Shown one piece after another: positions 53,428 to 61,530 of a stretch of DNA of 64,000 nucleotides. Each line of letters starts with the position of its first letter. Positions within the stretch are counted from its first letter, which is position 1. This stretch comes from an uncultured Prevotellaceae bacterium (GTDB lineage: Bacteria; Bacteroidota; Bacteroidia; Bacteroidales; Bacteroidaceae): positions 19,633-83,632 of the forward strand of contig ONQT01000006.1 in NCBI GenBank assembly GCA_900320045.1. Direction: 5' to 3'. A program made the position numbers and the translations under genes. The notes under the pieces were generated by a model that was not told the origin of the DNA, did no database searches, and saw only the letters and a program-made list of their open reading frames with translations.

Positions 53428-54297
53428 TTAACAATCGAAATCGACAACGGCAGCGGCTTCTGCTTCGGTGTGACGACTGCCATCCAAAAGGCCGAGGAGG
53501 AACTGGCCAAAGGCAATACCCTATACTGCTTGGGCGACATCGTCCACAACGGCATGGAGTGCGACCGTCTGCGCCAGATGGGACTCATCACCATCGACCA
53601 CGACGAGATGGCTCGCCTGCACAACGTCAAGGTGCTGCTGCGGGCACACGGCGAACCACCCGAGACCTATGAGCTGGCGCAACGCAACAACATCGAGATT
53701 ATCGATGCTACATGTCCTGTGGTGCTGCAGCTGCAGAAGAAAATCAAGCGGCAATATGAAACCTCCCCCAGCCCTTCCCCTAAAGTTTCCATCGTCATCT
53801 TCGGCAAGAAGGGACATGCCGAGGTGCTGGGACTGGTTGGACAGACACATGGCGAGGCTGTGGTGATTGAGAGTTTCGACGACGTCAAGCGCCTGGACTT
53901 CTCGCACGACATCTATCTGTATTCGCAGACCACCAAGTCGCTGGACGAATTCCACCGCATCATCGACTACATCCAGGAGCACATCTCGCCCGATGCCGTC
54001 TTCAAGAGCTTCGACACCATCTGCCGCTCCGTAGCCAACCGCATGCCGAACATCTCGCAGTTTGCCTCGCGCCACGATCTCATCCTCTTCGTTTGCGGAC
54101 GCAAGAGCAGTAACGGCAAGGTGCTCTTCAACGAGTGCCTGCGTATCAATCCCAACAGCCACCTCATCGAAGGCCCTGAAGAGATTGACGCCGCCTGGCT
54201 GCAAGGCGTGCAGACCGTAGGCATCTGCGGAGCGACATCTACTCCCAAATGGCTCATGGAACAATGCGCAGCCAAACTCACATCCATAGCCACATAG
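53422..54297 (+). CDS. ispH: 4-hydroxy-3-methylbut-2-enyl diphosphate reductase
   Basis: GFCFGV, IVHN, RAHG, DATCP, HAEV, SQTT, DTIC, SSN, GATSTP. Confidence 0.95.
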   Translation: MSLTIEIDNGSGFCFGVTTAIQKAEEELAKGNTLYCLGDIVHNGMECDRLRQMGLITIDHDEMARLHNVKVLLRAHGEPPETYELAQRNNIEIIDATCPVVLQLQKKIKRQYETSPSPSPKVSIVIFGKKGHAEVLGLVGQTHGEAVVIESFDDVKRLDFSHDIYLYSQTTKSLDEFHRIIDYIQEHISPDAVFKSFDTICRSVANRMPNISQFASRHDLILFVCGRKSSNGKVLFNECLRINPNSHLIEGPEEIDAAWLQGVQTVGICGATSTPKWLMEQCAAKLTSIAT

Positions 54298-54323
54298 ATT
54301 GTAACATACTCCAATTGCCCAAT

Positions 54324-54359
54324 AAATTGTAAATCGTAAATTGTCAAATTGTAAATTAC
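54324..54359 (+). repeat. Heptamer repeat (AAATTGT)n containing the probable TTG start of the next gene
   Basis: AAATTGT AAATCGT AAATTGT C AAATTGT AAATTAC. Confidence 0.8.
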
Positions 54360-55582
54360 ATCCCGAGTTTCTTGCTTCCACCCGCCAGCTCTTTGGCGAG
54401 GAGCGCTTCGAGCGATACCTGCACTCGTTCGACGAGGAACCTCCTGTCAGCATCCGCCTCAATCCCTTGAAGACCTCCCCTTGGGGGAGGCCGGGAGAGG
54501 TGCCTTGGTGTCGCAATGCCTACTACCTGCCGCAGCGCCCCAACTTTACCATGGACCCGCTGCTGCATGCCGGCTGCTACTACGTGCAGGAAGCTGCCTC
54601 GATGTTCCTCGACGAAGTCCTACTACAAATGCACACCGCCTACGCCAACCATCAGCCTGGATCCATCAGACCCCTTGCTGCACTCGACCTCTGTGCGGCT
54701 CCCGGTGGCAAGTCGACACTGCTGCGTGCTGCGCTGCCCAAGGACTGCGTACTCTATAGCAACGAGCCCATTCGCAACCGCGCCAACATCCTGGCGGAGA
54801 ACGTGCTGAAATGGGGTGCACCCAACCATATCGTCACCAACAACTACCCCCGCGACTACCGTGCGTCGAAGATGCGCTTCGACCTCATCCTCTGCGACGT
54901 GCCGTGCTCCGGCGAAGGCATGTTCCGCAAGGATCCCGCTACCATCGGCGAGTGGTCACCGCAAAACGTGGAGAAGTGCTGGCAACTGCAACGCGAGATT
55001 GTCGACGATGCCTGGAAATGTCTCAACGACGGCGGCATGCTCATCTATAGCACGTGCACCTTCAATACCAAGGAGAACGAAGAGAACGTCCGCTACTTTT
55101 TGGAGCAGTACGACGCACAACTGCTGCCCATCGACATCCAACCCGAGTGGCACATCACCGGCTCGCTGCTGGAAGGTTTCACCGGGCCCGTCTATCGTTT
55201 CATCCCGGGCATCACCCGCAGCGAAGGACTCTTTATGGCTGTCCTTCACAAAGCCCCCGCCCAAAATGAAAATGAACGTCGTGGCAAGAAGCATGAGATT
55301 CGCAAGCCCGCCCTGAACATGCTCGCATCCACCGCCGACCGTCCGACATCCGACGTAAAGGTCGAACTGGACTATCAGCAGGCCATCAGCTATCTGCGCC
55401 ACGAAGCCCTGCGACTGCCCGACAACACGCCGTTAGGCCTTGTGGAGGTTTGTTTCCAGGGGCATCCCCTCGGACTGGTGAAGAACATCGGCAGCAGAGC
55501 CAACAACCTCTACCCCAAAGAATGGAAAATCAAAACAACACATATCCCTGAAACCTACGAACCCATCCTATCAACAGTATAA
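54341..55582 (+). CDS. RsmB/RsmF (NOL1/NOP2) family rRNA m5C methyltransferase
   Basis: YYVQEAASM, LDLCAAPGGKS, DVPCSGEGMFRK, IYSTCT; TTG start. Confidence 0.9.
   Translation: MSNCKLHPEFLASTRQLFGEERFERYLHSFDEEPPVSIRLNPLKTSPWGRPGEVPWCRNAYYLPQRPNFTMDPLLHAGCYYVQEAASMFLDEVLLQMHTAYANHQPGSIRPLAALDLCAAPGGKSTLLRAALPKDCVLYSNEPIRNRANILAENVLKWGAPNHIVTNNYPRDYRASKMRFDLILCDVPCSGEGMFRKDPATIGEWSPQNVEKCWQLQREIVDDAWKCLNDGGMLIYSTCTFNTKENEENVRYFLEQYDAQLLPIDIQPEWHITGSLLEGFTGPVYRFIPGITRSEGLFMAVLHKAPAQNENERRGKKHEIRKPALNMLASTADRPTSDVKVELDYQQAISYLRHEALRLPDNTPLGLVEVCFQGHPLGLVKNIGSRANNLYPKEWKIKTTHIPETYEPILSTV
54474..54500 (-). repeat. Family-C-related hairpin, antisense, in-frame in the methyltransferase gene
   Basis: CCTCCCC TTG GGGGAGG CCGGGAGAGG on the plus strand, read as TSPWGRPGE. 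Confidence 0.6.
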
Positions 55583-55602
55583 AGCATAAAGATTAAAGAT
55601 AT

Positions 55603-56412
55603 ATGAAGCAATACTTAGACATACTTGACCGTATCCTCCGCGAGGGTACCCAGAAGGGTGACCGTACAGGTACCGGCACCCTGAGCATTTTTGGCACACA
55701 GAGTCGTTACAACATGCAGGACGGTTTTCCGCTGCTGACGACGAAGAAACTGCACCTGAAGTCTATCATCTACGAGCTGCTGTGGTTCCTCAACGGCGAT
55801 ACCAACGTGAAGTATCTGCAGGAACACGGCGTGCGCATCTGGAACGAGTGGGCCGACGAGAACGGCGAGCTGGGTCCCGTCTACGGTCACCAATGGCGCG
55901 CCTGGCCCGACTACAATGGCGGCGTCATTGACCAGATACAATATGTCGTCGACCAGCTGCAGCACAATCCCGACTCGCGCCGCATGATTGTCTCGGCATG
56001 GAACGTGGCGGAAGTCAACAAGATGGCCCTGCCGCCGTGCCACACCATCTTCCAGTTCTACACCGCTCCCCTGCCCAACGGCCGTCGCCGCCTGTCGCTA
56101 CAACTCTATCAGCGCTCGGCCGACACGTTCCTGGGTGTGCCGTTCAACATCGCCAGCTATGCCCTGCTGCTGCAGATGATGGCGCAGGTGGTCGATATGG
56201 AGGTCGGCGACTTCATCCACACCACGGGCGACACGCACCTCTACCTGAACCACCTCGAGCAGGCCCGTCTGCAGCTTACCCGCGAGCCACGCCCCCTGCC
56301 CACGATGAACATCAACCCCGACGTGAAGGACATCTTCTCGTTCCACTTCGAGGACTTCGAGCTCGTCGGCTACGACCCGCACCCCCACATCAAGGCAGAA
56401 GTAAGCGTCTAA
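55603..56412 (+). CDS. thyA: thymidylate synthase
   Basis: [37 protein letters not shown]. Confidence 0.97.
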   Translation: MKQYLDILDRILREGTQKGDRTGTGTLSIFGTQSRYNMQDGFPLLTTKKLHLKSIIYELLWFLNGDTNVKYLQEHGVRIWNEWADENGELGPVYGHQWRAWPDYNGGVIDQIQYVVDQLQHNPDSRRMIVSAWNVAEVNKMALPPCHTIFQFYTAPLPNGRRRLSLQLYQRSADTFLGVPFNIASYALLLQMMAQVVDMEVGDFIHTTGDTHLYLNHLEQARLQLTREPRPLPTMNINPDVKDIFSFHFEDFELVGYDPHPHIKAEVSV

Positions 56413-56416
56413 CACC

Positions 56417-56470
56417 CCCATGAGGCCCATGAGCCCCATTAGTCCAATTAGCCCCATTAGCCCTATGATT
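56417..56470 (+). repeat. 9-mer repeat x6 ending in the folA start codon
   Basis: CCCATGAGG CCCATGAGC CCCATTAGT CCAATTAGC CCCATTAGC CCTATGATT. Confidence 0.88.
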
Positions 56471-56977
56471 ACCATTATCGCTGCCGTGGCCCGCAACCGC
56501 GCCATTGGCCAAGAGAACAAACTGATATACTGGTTGCCTAACGACCTGAAGCGCTTCAAGGCGCTCACCTCGGGTCATACCATCGTGATGGGCCGCAAGA
56601 CCTTCGAGTCGCTGCCCAAGGGTGCGCTGCCCCATCGCCGCAACGTGGTGATAAGCCGTGGCGACAGCGTGCAGAACTGGCGTAGCGACGACGGCACCAC
56701 GACACTGGAGGTGTTCCGCTCGCTGGACGAGGCCTTGAAGAGCTGCCGTCCCGACGAGGACATCTACGTCATTGGCGGTGCCAGCGTCTACGAGCAGGCG
56801 ATGGCCGTTGCCGACCGCCTGTGCCTGACGGAGATTGACGACGTGCCCGAGCAGGCCGATGCCTTCTTCCCCGACTACAGCACGGGGTGGCACATCACAC
56901 AGAAAGAAGCGCATCCGAAGGACGAGCGTCACGCCTTCGAATACGCTTTTACGGATTACGAGCGGGACCCACGGTGA
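56465..56977 (+). CDS. folA: dihydrofolate reductase
   Basis: MITIIAAV, W.LPNDLKRFK, MGRKTFESL, LPHRRNVVIS, IGGASVY, DAFFP. Confidence 0.95.
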   Translation: MITIIAAVARNRAIGQENKLIYWLPNDLKRFKALTSGHTIVMGRKTFESLPKGALPHRRNVVISRGDSVQNWRSDDGTTTLEVFRSLDEALKSCRPDEDIYVIGGASVYEQAMAVADRLCLTEIDDVPEQADAFFPDYSTGWHITQKEAHPKDERHAFEYAFTDYERDPR

Positions 56978-56990
56978 GGCCCGCTTTTTT
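56961..56990 (+). terminator. Probable intrinsic terminator overlapping the folA stop
   Basis: AGCGGG...CCCGCT followed by TTTTT. Confidence 0.6.
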
Positions 56991-56998
56991 GTTTCTAC

Positions 56999-57478
56999 TT
57001 ACTCCTCACCCGGCATGATGTCCATGATGGGCAGCTGGCGCTCAAAGGCCGAGTAGAACGAGATGAGCGTCTGCGAGCTGCTGAGCCCCAACGGCTGCAG
57101 CTGGTCGTGGATGATGGTCAGCAGGTGATGGTTGTTACGCGCATAGATCTTGATGAACATGTCGAAGTTACCCGTCGTATAGTGACACTCCGTCACCTCG
57201 GGAATCTTCTTCAACTCCTCCAGCACGTGGTCGAAGTCCTCGGGATTCTTCAGGTTCAGTCCGATGTAGGCGCAGGTCTCATAACCGATTTTCTCGGGGT
57301 CCATCACAAATACGGAGCCCTTGATGATGCCCAGATTCGTCAGTTTCTGAATGCGCTGGTGGATAGCTGCTCCACTCACGTTGCAGACCCTTGCCACCTC
57401 TAAAAACGGCACGCGGGCATCCTCGCCAATCATGCGAAGTATCTGCCTGTCCAATTTGTCTAACTTCTGAATAGCCAT
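56999..57478 (-). CDS. Lrp/AsnC family transcriptional regulator
   Basis: LDKLDRQIL..DARVPFLEVAR..VSGAAIHQRIQKL HTH; PEVTECHYTTG. Confidence 0.93.
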   Translation of the reverse strand: MAIQKLDKLDRQILRMIGEDARVPFLEVARVCNVSGAAIHQRIQKLTNLGIIKGSVFVMDPEKIGYETCAYIGLNLKNPEDFDHVLEELKKIPEVTECHYTTGNFDMFIKIYARNNHHLLTIIHDQLQPLGLSSSQTLISFYSAFERQLPIMDIMPGEE

Positions 57479-57496
57479 ATATTTACGTGTTTTGGT

Positions 57497-57979
57497 TTAA
57501 CGATTAGATTGCTTATTCTGCTTCTTTGCTGCGTAGTAGATATTCAGCGCTCCGGCGCGTCGCAGCTGTTGCTTGACATCGTTGATGATGCCCATCTCCG
57601 TGTTGCGGTCGGCGCGGATGCAGACCGTCAGCCGCTGGCGTTCCTCTTCGGTCATCTCCTCGCGAATGCGGTTGATACATTGCGCCACCTCGTCAACCCT
57701 GACCATACGGTCGTTCACCTGTATCATTTCACTCCCCTCGCCCTTTGGAGAGGGGTTGGGGGTGAGGCTCTCGCCTATCAAAATATACACCAACCCTGTC
57801 TTGCTTGCTTCCTGACCGACCTCCGTACCTTGCGGCAGCTGGTAGCGCACGTGGGTCTCCACCTGTCGCATGTGGGTGACGATCATGAAGAAGAACAGCA
57901 CGGTGAATATCAGGTCGGGCAGCGCAGCCAGATTCAATGCCGGCACTTCTCTGTCAATATGTTGACGAAACCTACTCAA
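57497..57979 (-). CDS. ExbD/TolR family protein
   Basis: LNLAALPDLIFTVLFFFMI, IRADRNTEMG. Confidence 0.88.
   Translation of the reverse strand: MSRFRQHIDREVPALNLAALPDLIFTVLFFFMIVTHMRQVETHVRYQLPQGTEVGQEASKTGLVYILIGESLTPNPSPKGEGSEMIQVNDRMVRVDEVAQCINRIREEMTEEERQRLTVCIRADRNTEMGIINDVKQQLRRAGALNIYYAAKKQNKQSNR
57730..57769 (-). repeat. 40-bp hairpin element, family C, in-frame
   Basis: Read as SLTPNPSPKGEGS. Confidence 0.9.
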
Positions 57980-58464
57980 AGCCTTTGACCTTTATGTTTC
58001 ACATCACTCCCCTCGCCTCTTGGAGAGGGGTCGGGGGTGAGGCTTCCTTCCCTAATTCGCATCGGGTGGCGGTCCAGTTTGCGGTAGGCCGCCACGATGC
58101 TGTTCTGCATCTCGAAGTAGGCGTTATAGCTTGCCTTGCGACCGGTCTCGACGGCGATGACATATTGTTCCGTAGGCTGTGCGGCAAGGAACGACTCCAC
58201 CTGTTGCTGCAGTTGCAGGCCGCTCACCTGCTTGCCGTCGCAGAACAGCACGTCGTCATCGTCCAGTCGCAGCTGGAGCACGCTGGAGCGGTTGATGTCA
58301 CGCTGCTCCTGCTGCTCGTCCACCGGCGACAGCTTGCGTCCCAGTCCCTTGTCGGCGTCCATGGACGAGGTGACCAGAAAGAACACCAGCAGCATGAACG
58401 AGATGTCAGCTGTCGACGTGGTGTTCAGCCCGGGAACGTCCCTATGTTTCCTCCTAAACCGCAT
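57976..58464 (-). CDS. ExbD/TolR family protein
   Basis: LNTTSTADISFMLLVFFLVTSSM. Confidence 0.88.
   Translation of the reverse strand: MRFRRKHRDVPGLNTTSTADISFMLLVFFLVTSSMDADKGLGRKLSPVDEQQEQRDINRSSVLQLRLDDDDVLFCDGKQVSGLQLQQQVESFLAAQPTEQYVIAVETGRKASYNAYFEMQNSIVAAYRKLDRHPMRIREGSLTPDPSPRGEGSDVKHKGQRL
58005..58044 (-). repeat. 40-bp hairpin element, family C, in-frame at the ExbD C-terminus
   Basis: Read as SLTPDPSPRGEGS; 37/40 identical to 57730-57769. Confidence 0.9.
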
Positions 58465-58467
58465 GCT

Positions 58468-58590
58468 TTATTTATTCAACCAGAACGAGCGCGCAGCCGA
58501 CACCACGACGGCGACGACGGCTACGGCGAGGGCAATATACATGAGCCACAGCATCACGTCTGCCAAGAACATACCTCCTGCTTCAACCAT
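58468..58590 (-). CDS. 40-aa single-transmembrane microprotein between exbB and exbD (not in ORF track)
   Basis: MVEAGGMFLADVMLWLMYIALAVAVVAVVVSAARSFWLNK*; overlaps the exbB end by 8 bp and ends 3 bp before the exbD ATG. Confidence 0.72.
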   Translation of the reverse strand: MVEAGGMFLADVMLWLMYIALAVAVVAVVVSAARSFWLNK

Positions 58591-59437
58591 TGTTACGCGC
58601 TTTATAGTTCGTTACCGAGTCCAGGAACGTAATGGCGCACTCCTCCATCTGGAGGCTCAGGCGCTCAATCTTCGAGAGGATGTAGTTGTAGAAGAACTGC
58701 AACACGACGGCGGCAATGATGCCGAAGATGGTGGTAATCAGCGCCACCTTCATGCCTCGTGCCACGATGGTCGGACTGATGTCGCCGGCCGTCTGTATCT
58801 GGTCGAAGGCCATCACCATGCCGATGACCGTTCCCAGGAATCCCAGTGACGGTGCGACGGCGATGAACAGTCGTATCCACGTGCAGCCCTTCTCCATGTT
58901 TGATATCTGTACCGAACCGTAGTTCGTCAGCTGGCGGTCGATGTCCTCCACCTGCTCGCGGATGTGCAGCAGTCCCTGATAACAGATGCTGGCCACGGGT
59001 CCGCGGGTGTTGCGGCACAGTTCCTTGGCACCCTCCACGTCGCCCTGTTCCAGTCGGGCGTCGATGTCCTGCATGAGACGCTTGGTGTTCACTTCTGCCA
59101 GCGACAGGTAGATGATGCGTTCTATGCAGAATGCCAGTCCCAGCACCAGTGCCAGGGCCACGAGCGACATGAAGCCTGTGGAGCCCTCCACGAACTTACG
59201 CTTCAGCTCCTTGTGCAGTCCGCCGCCCTCGGCATAGTCGTCGTCGGCGGCACCCAGCTCGGCATCCACCAGAGCCATGGCGGAGTCGGCCGTCAGCGTG
59301 TCGCCTGCAGTCTCTGCCGTATCAGCCACCGCCTCGGCGGCAGCCTTCGCCGGCTCCTGCTGAGCCCATGCTGGTTGTCCGCACATCAGCAGAGCGGCAC
59401 ATATCCATAAAATGAGAGGTTTCTTCATTGTTTTCAT
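58583..59437 (-). CDS. MotA/TolQ/ExbB proton channel family protein
   Basis: APSLGFLGTVIGM, GMKVALITTIFG; signal peptide; start at ATG 59437 or 59428. Confidence 0.92.
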   Translation of the reverse strand: MKTMKKPLILWICAALLMCGQPAWAQQEPAKAAAEAVADTAETAGDTLTADSAMALVDAELGAADDDYAEGGGLHKELKRKFVEGSTGFMSLVALALVLGLAFCIERIIYLSLAEVNTKRLMQDIDARLEQGDVEGAKELCRNTRGPVASICYQGLLHIREQVEDIDRQLTNYGSVQISNMEKGCTWIRLFIAVAPSLGFLGTVIGMVMAFDQIQTAGDISPTIVARGMKVALITTIFGIIAAVVLQFFYNYILSKIERLSLQMEECAITFLDSVTNYKARNNG

Positions 59438-59452
59438 TTTATTTTCGTTATG

Positions 59453-59546
59453 CTCGCTGGCGCGCAGCCTTGACCTTTGGTCGAGCCTGCTTGCGCTCGG
59501 CAGAGCTGATGCAAGCATCGCTCTGCTCTCACTGACGCGCAGCCTT
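59453..59546. repeat. Structured element: 19-bp direct repeats enclosing two hairpins; contains the typA stop
   Basis: CTCGCTGGCGCGCAGCCTT (59453) and CTCACTGACGCGCAGCCTT (59528); hairpin GCAGAGC-T-GATGC-AA-GCATC-GCTCTGC. Confidence 0.7.
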
Positions 59547-61331
59547 TTTGCGCTGGTCGTGGTCGAGAATGACCTTGCGCATGCGCATCGACTTCGGCGT
59601 CACCTCCACCAGCTCGTCCTCCTTGATATACTCCAGGCACTCCTCCAGAGACATCACCACCTTCGGGATGATGCGCGCCTTCTCGTCGGTACCGCTGGCG
59701 CGGACGTTCGTCAGCTGCTTGGCCTTGCAGACGTTGATGACCAGGTCGTTGTCGTGCACGTGCTCGCCGACCACCTGACCCATATAGACGTCCTCGCCCG
59801 GGTCGATGAAGAACTTGCCGCGGTCCTGCAGCTTGTCGATAGCGTAGGCAAAGGCGTTGCCCGTCTCCAGGGCTATCATCGAACCGTTCACGCGGCGCTC
59901 GATGTCGCCCTTGTACGGCTGGTACTCCTTGAAGCGGTGGGCCATGATGGCCTCGCCCTGGCTGGCCGTCAGCACGTTGGTGCGCAGACCGATGATGCCG
60001 CGCGAGGGGATGTCGAACTCGATGTTCGTGCGCTCGCCCTGGCTCTCCATGCTGGTCATCTCGCCCTTGCGGCGCGTCACCATGTCAATCATCTTCGAGG
60101 CAAACTCCTCGGGCACGTTGATGGTGAGCTCCTCGATGGGTTCGCACTTCTGACCGTCAATCTCCTTGTAAATCACCTGCGGCTGACCGACCTGCAGCTC
60201 GTAACCCTCGCGACGCATGGTCTCGATGAGCACGCTCAGGTGCAGCACGCCACGGCCACTGACCACCCAGCGGTCCGTCGAGTCCTCGTAGGGCTCCACG
60301 CGCAGCGCCAGGTTCTTCTCCAGCTCCTTCTCCAGACGGTCGTTGATGTGGCGCGACGTCACGAACTTACCCTCCTTACCGAAGAACGGCGAGTCGTTGA
60401 TGGTAAACAGCATCGACATCGTCGGCTCGTCAATGGCGATGGGCGGCAGGGGCTCCGGATTCTCCACGTCGCAGATGGTGTCGCCAATCTCGAATTTCTC
60501 CAGACCGATGACGGCGCAGATGTCGCCGCACTTCACCTGTTCCGTGCGCTGGTGACCCATGCCGTCGAAGGTGTGCAGCTCCTTGATCTTCGTCTTCTCC
60601 ATGGAGCCGTCGCGGTGGGCAATGGTCACCTGCTGGCCGTCCTTCAGCGTGCCGCGATGAACGCGACCCACGGCGATACGGCCCGTATAGCTCGAATAGT
60701 CCAGCGACGTGATCAGCATCTGCGGCGTACCCTCCAGCTGCTGCGGGGCGGGAATGACCTCCACAATCTTGTCCAGCAGATAGGTAATGTCCGTCGTGGG
60801 CTTGTTGTAGTCCTCGCCCATCCAGCCGTTCTTCGCCGAACCGTACACCACGGGGAAGTCCAGCTGGTCCTCCGTGGCGTTCAGCGAGAACATCAGGTCG
60901 AACACCATCTCGTACACCTCCTCGGGACGGCAGTTAGGCTTGTCCACCTTGTTGACCACCACGATAGGCTTCAACCCGATTTCCAGCGCCTTCTGCAGCA
61001 CGAAGCGCGTCTGCGGCATGGGACCCTCGAAGGCGTCCACCAGCAGCAGACAGCCGTCGGCCATGTTGAGCACGCGCTCCACCTCGCCACCGAAGTCCGA
61101 GTGTCCCGGAGTGTCTATGATATTGATCTTGGTACCTTTCCAGTTGATGCTCACATTCTTCGACAGAATGGTAATGCCGCGCTCGCGCTCCAGGTCGTTA
61201 GCGTCCAACACCTGGCTCGACAGGTTCTGCCCCTCGCGGAACAGGTTTCCGGCCAGCATCATCTTGTCCACGAGCGTCGTCTTGCCGTGGTCCACGTGTG
61301 CGATAATCGCAATATTCCTAATATCCTGCAT
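59529..61331 (-). CDS. typA: Translational GTPase TypA/BipA
   Basis: AHVDHGKTT, ERGITILSK, DTPGHSDF, GRGVLHLSVLIETMRREG, LTNVRASG; -7 element TAATTTTG at 61355-61362. Confidence 0.97.
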   Translation of the reverse strand: MQDIRNIAIIAHVDHGKTTLVDKMMLAGNLFREGQNLSSQVLDANDLERERGITILSKNVSINWKGTKINIIDTPGHSDFGGEVERVLNMADGCLLLVDAFEGPMPQTRFVLQKALEIGLKPIVVVNKVDKPNCRPEEVYEMVFDLMFSLNATEDQLDFPVVYGSAKNGWMGEDYNKPTTDITYLLDKIVEVIPAPQQLEGTPQMLITSLDYSSYTGRIAVGRVHRGTLKDGQQVTIAHRDGSMEKTKIKELHTFDGMGHQRTEQVKCGDICAVIGLEKFEIGDTICDVENPEPLPPIAIDEPTMSMLFTINDSPFFGKEGKFVTSRHINDRLEKELEKNLALRVEPYEDSTDRWVVSGRGVLHLSVLIETMRREGYELQVGQPQVIYKEIDGQKCEPIEELTINVPEEFASKMIDMVTRRKGEMTSMESQGERTNIEFDIPSRGIIGLRTNVLTASQGEAIMAHRFKEYQPYKGDIERRVNGSMIALETGNAFAYAIDKLQDRGKFFIDPGEDVYMGQVVGEHVHDNDLVINVCKAKQLTNVRASGTDEKARIIPKVVMSLEECLEYIKEDELVEVTPKSMRMRKVILDHDQRKKAARQ

Positions 61332-61530
61332 AACCTATTTACGTAAATCGGCTGCAAAATTATAAAAAAATGAGCGAAACACCAAATTATTCTTGGTATT
61401 TCAATTCCAAATCAGTACTTTGCACCAAAAGAACCCATCTTTGCACCCAAAAGAACTAATCCTATGACCAAGCGATACTACGCCTTATTGAGAATCAAAG
61501 TTCCAGTCCCCAGTGATTTACGTCTCTGAT

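Noticed and set aside
59412-61346. 644-aa plus-strand ORF
   Set aside because: Antisense shadow of the highly codon-biased typA gene.
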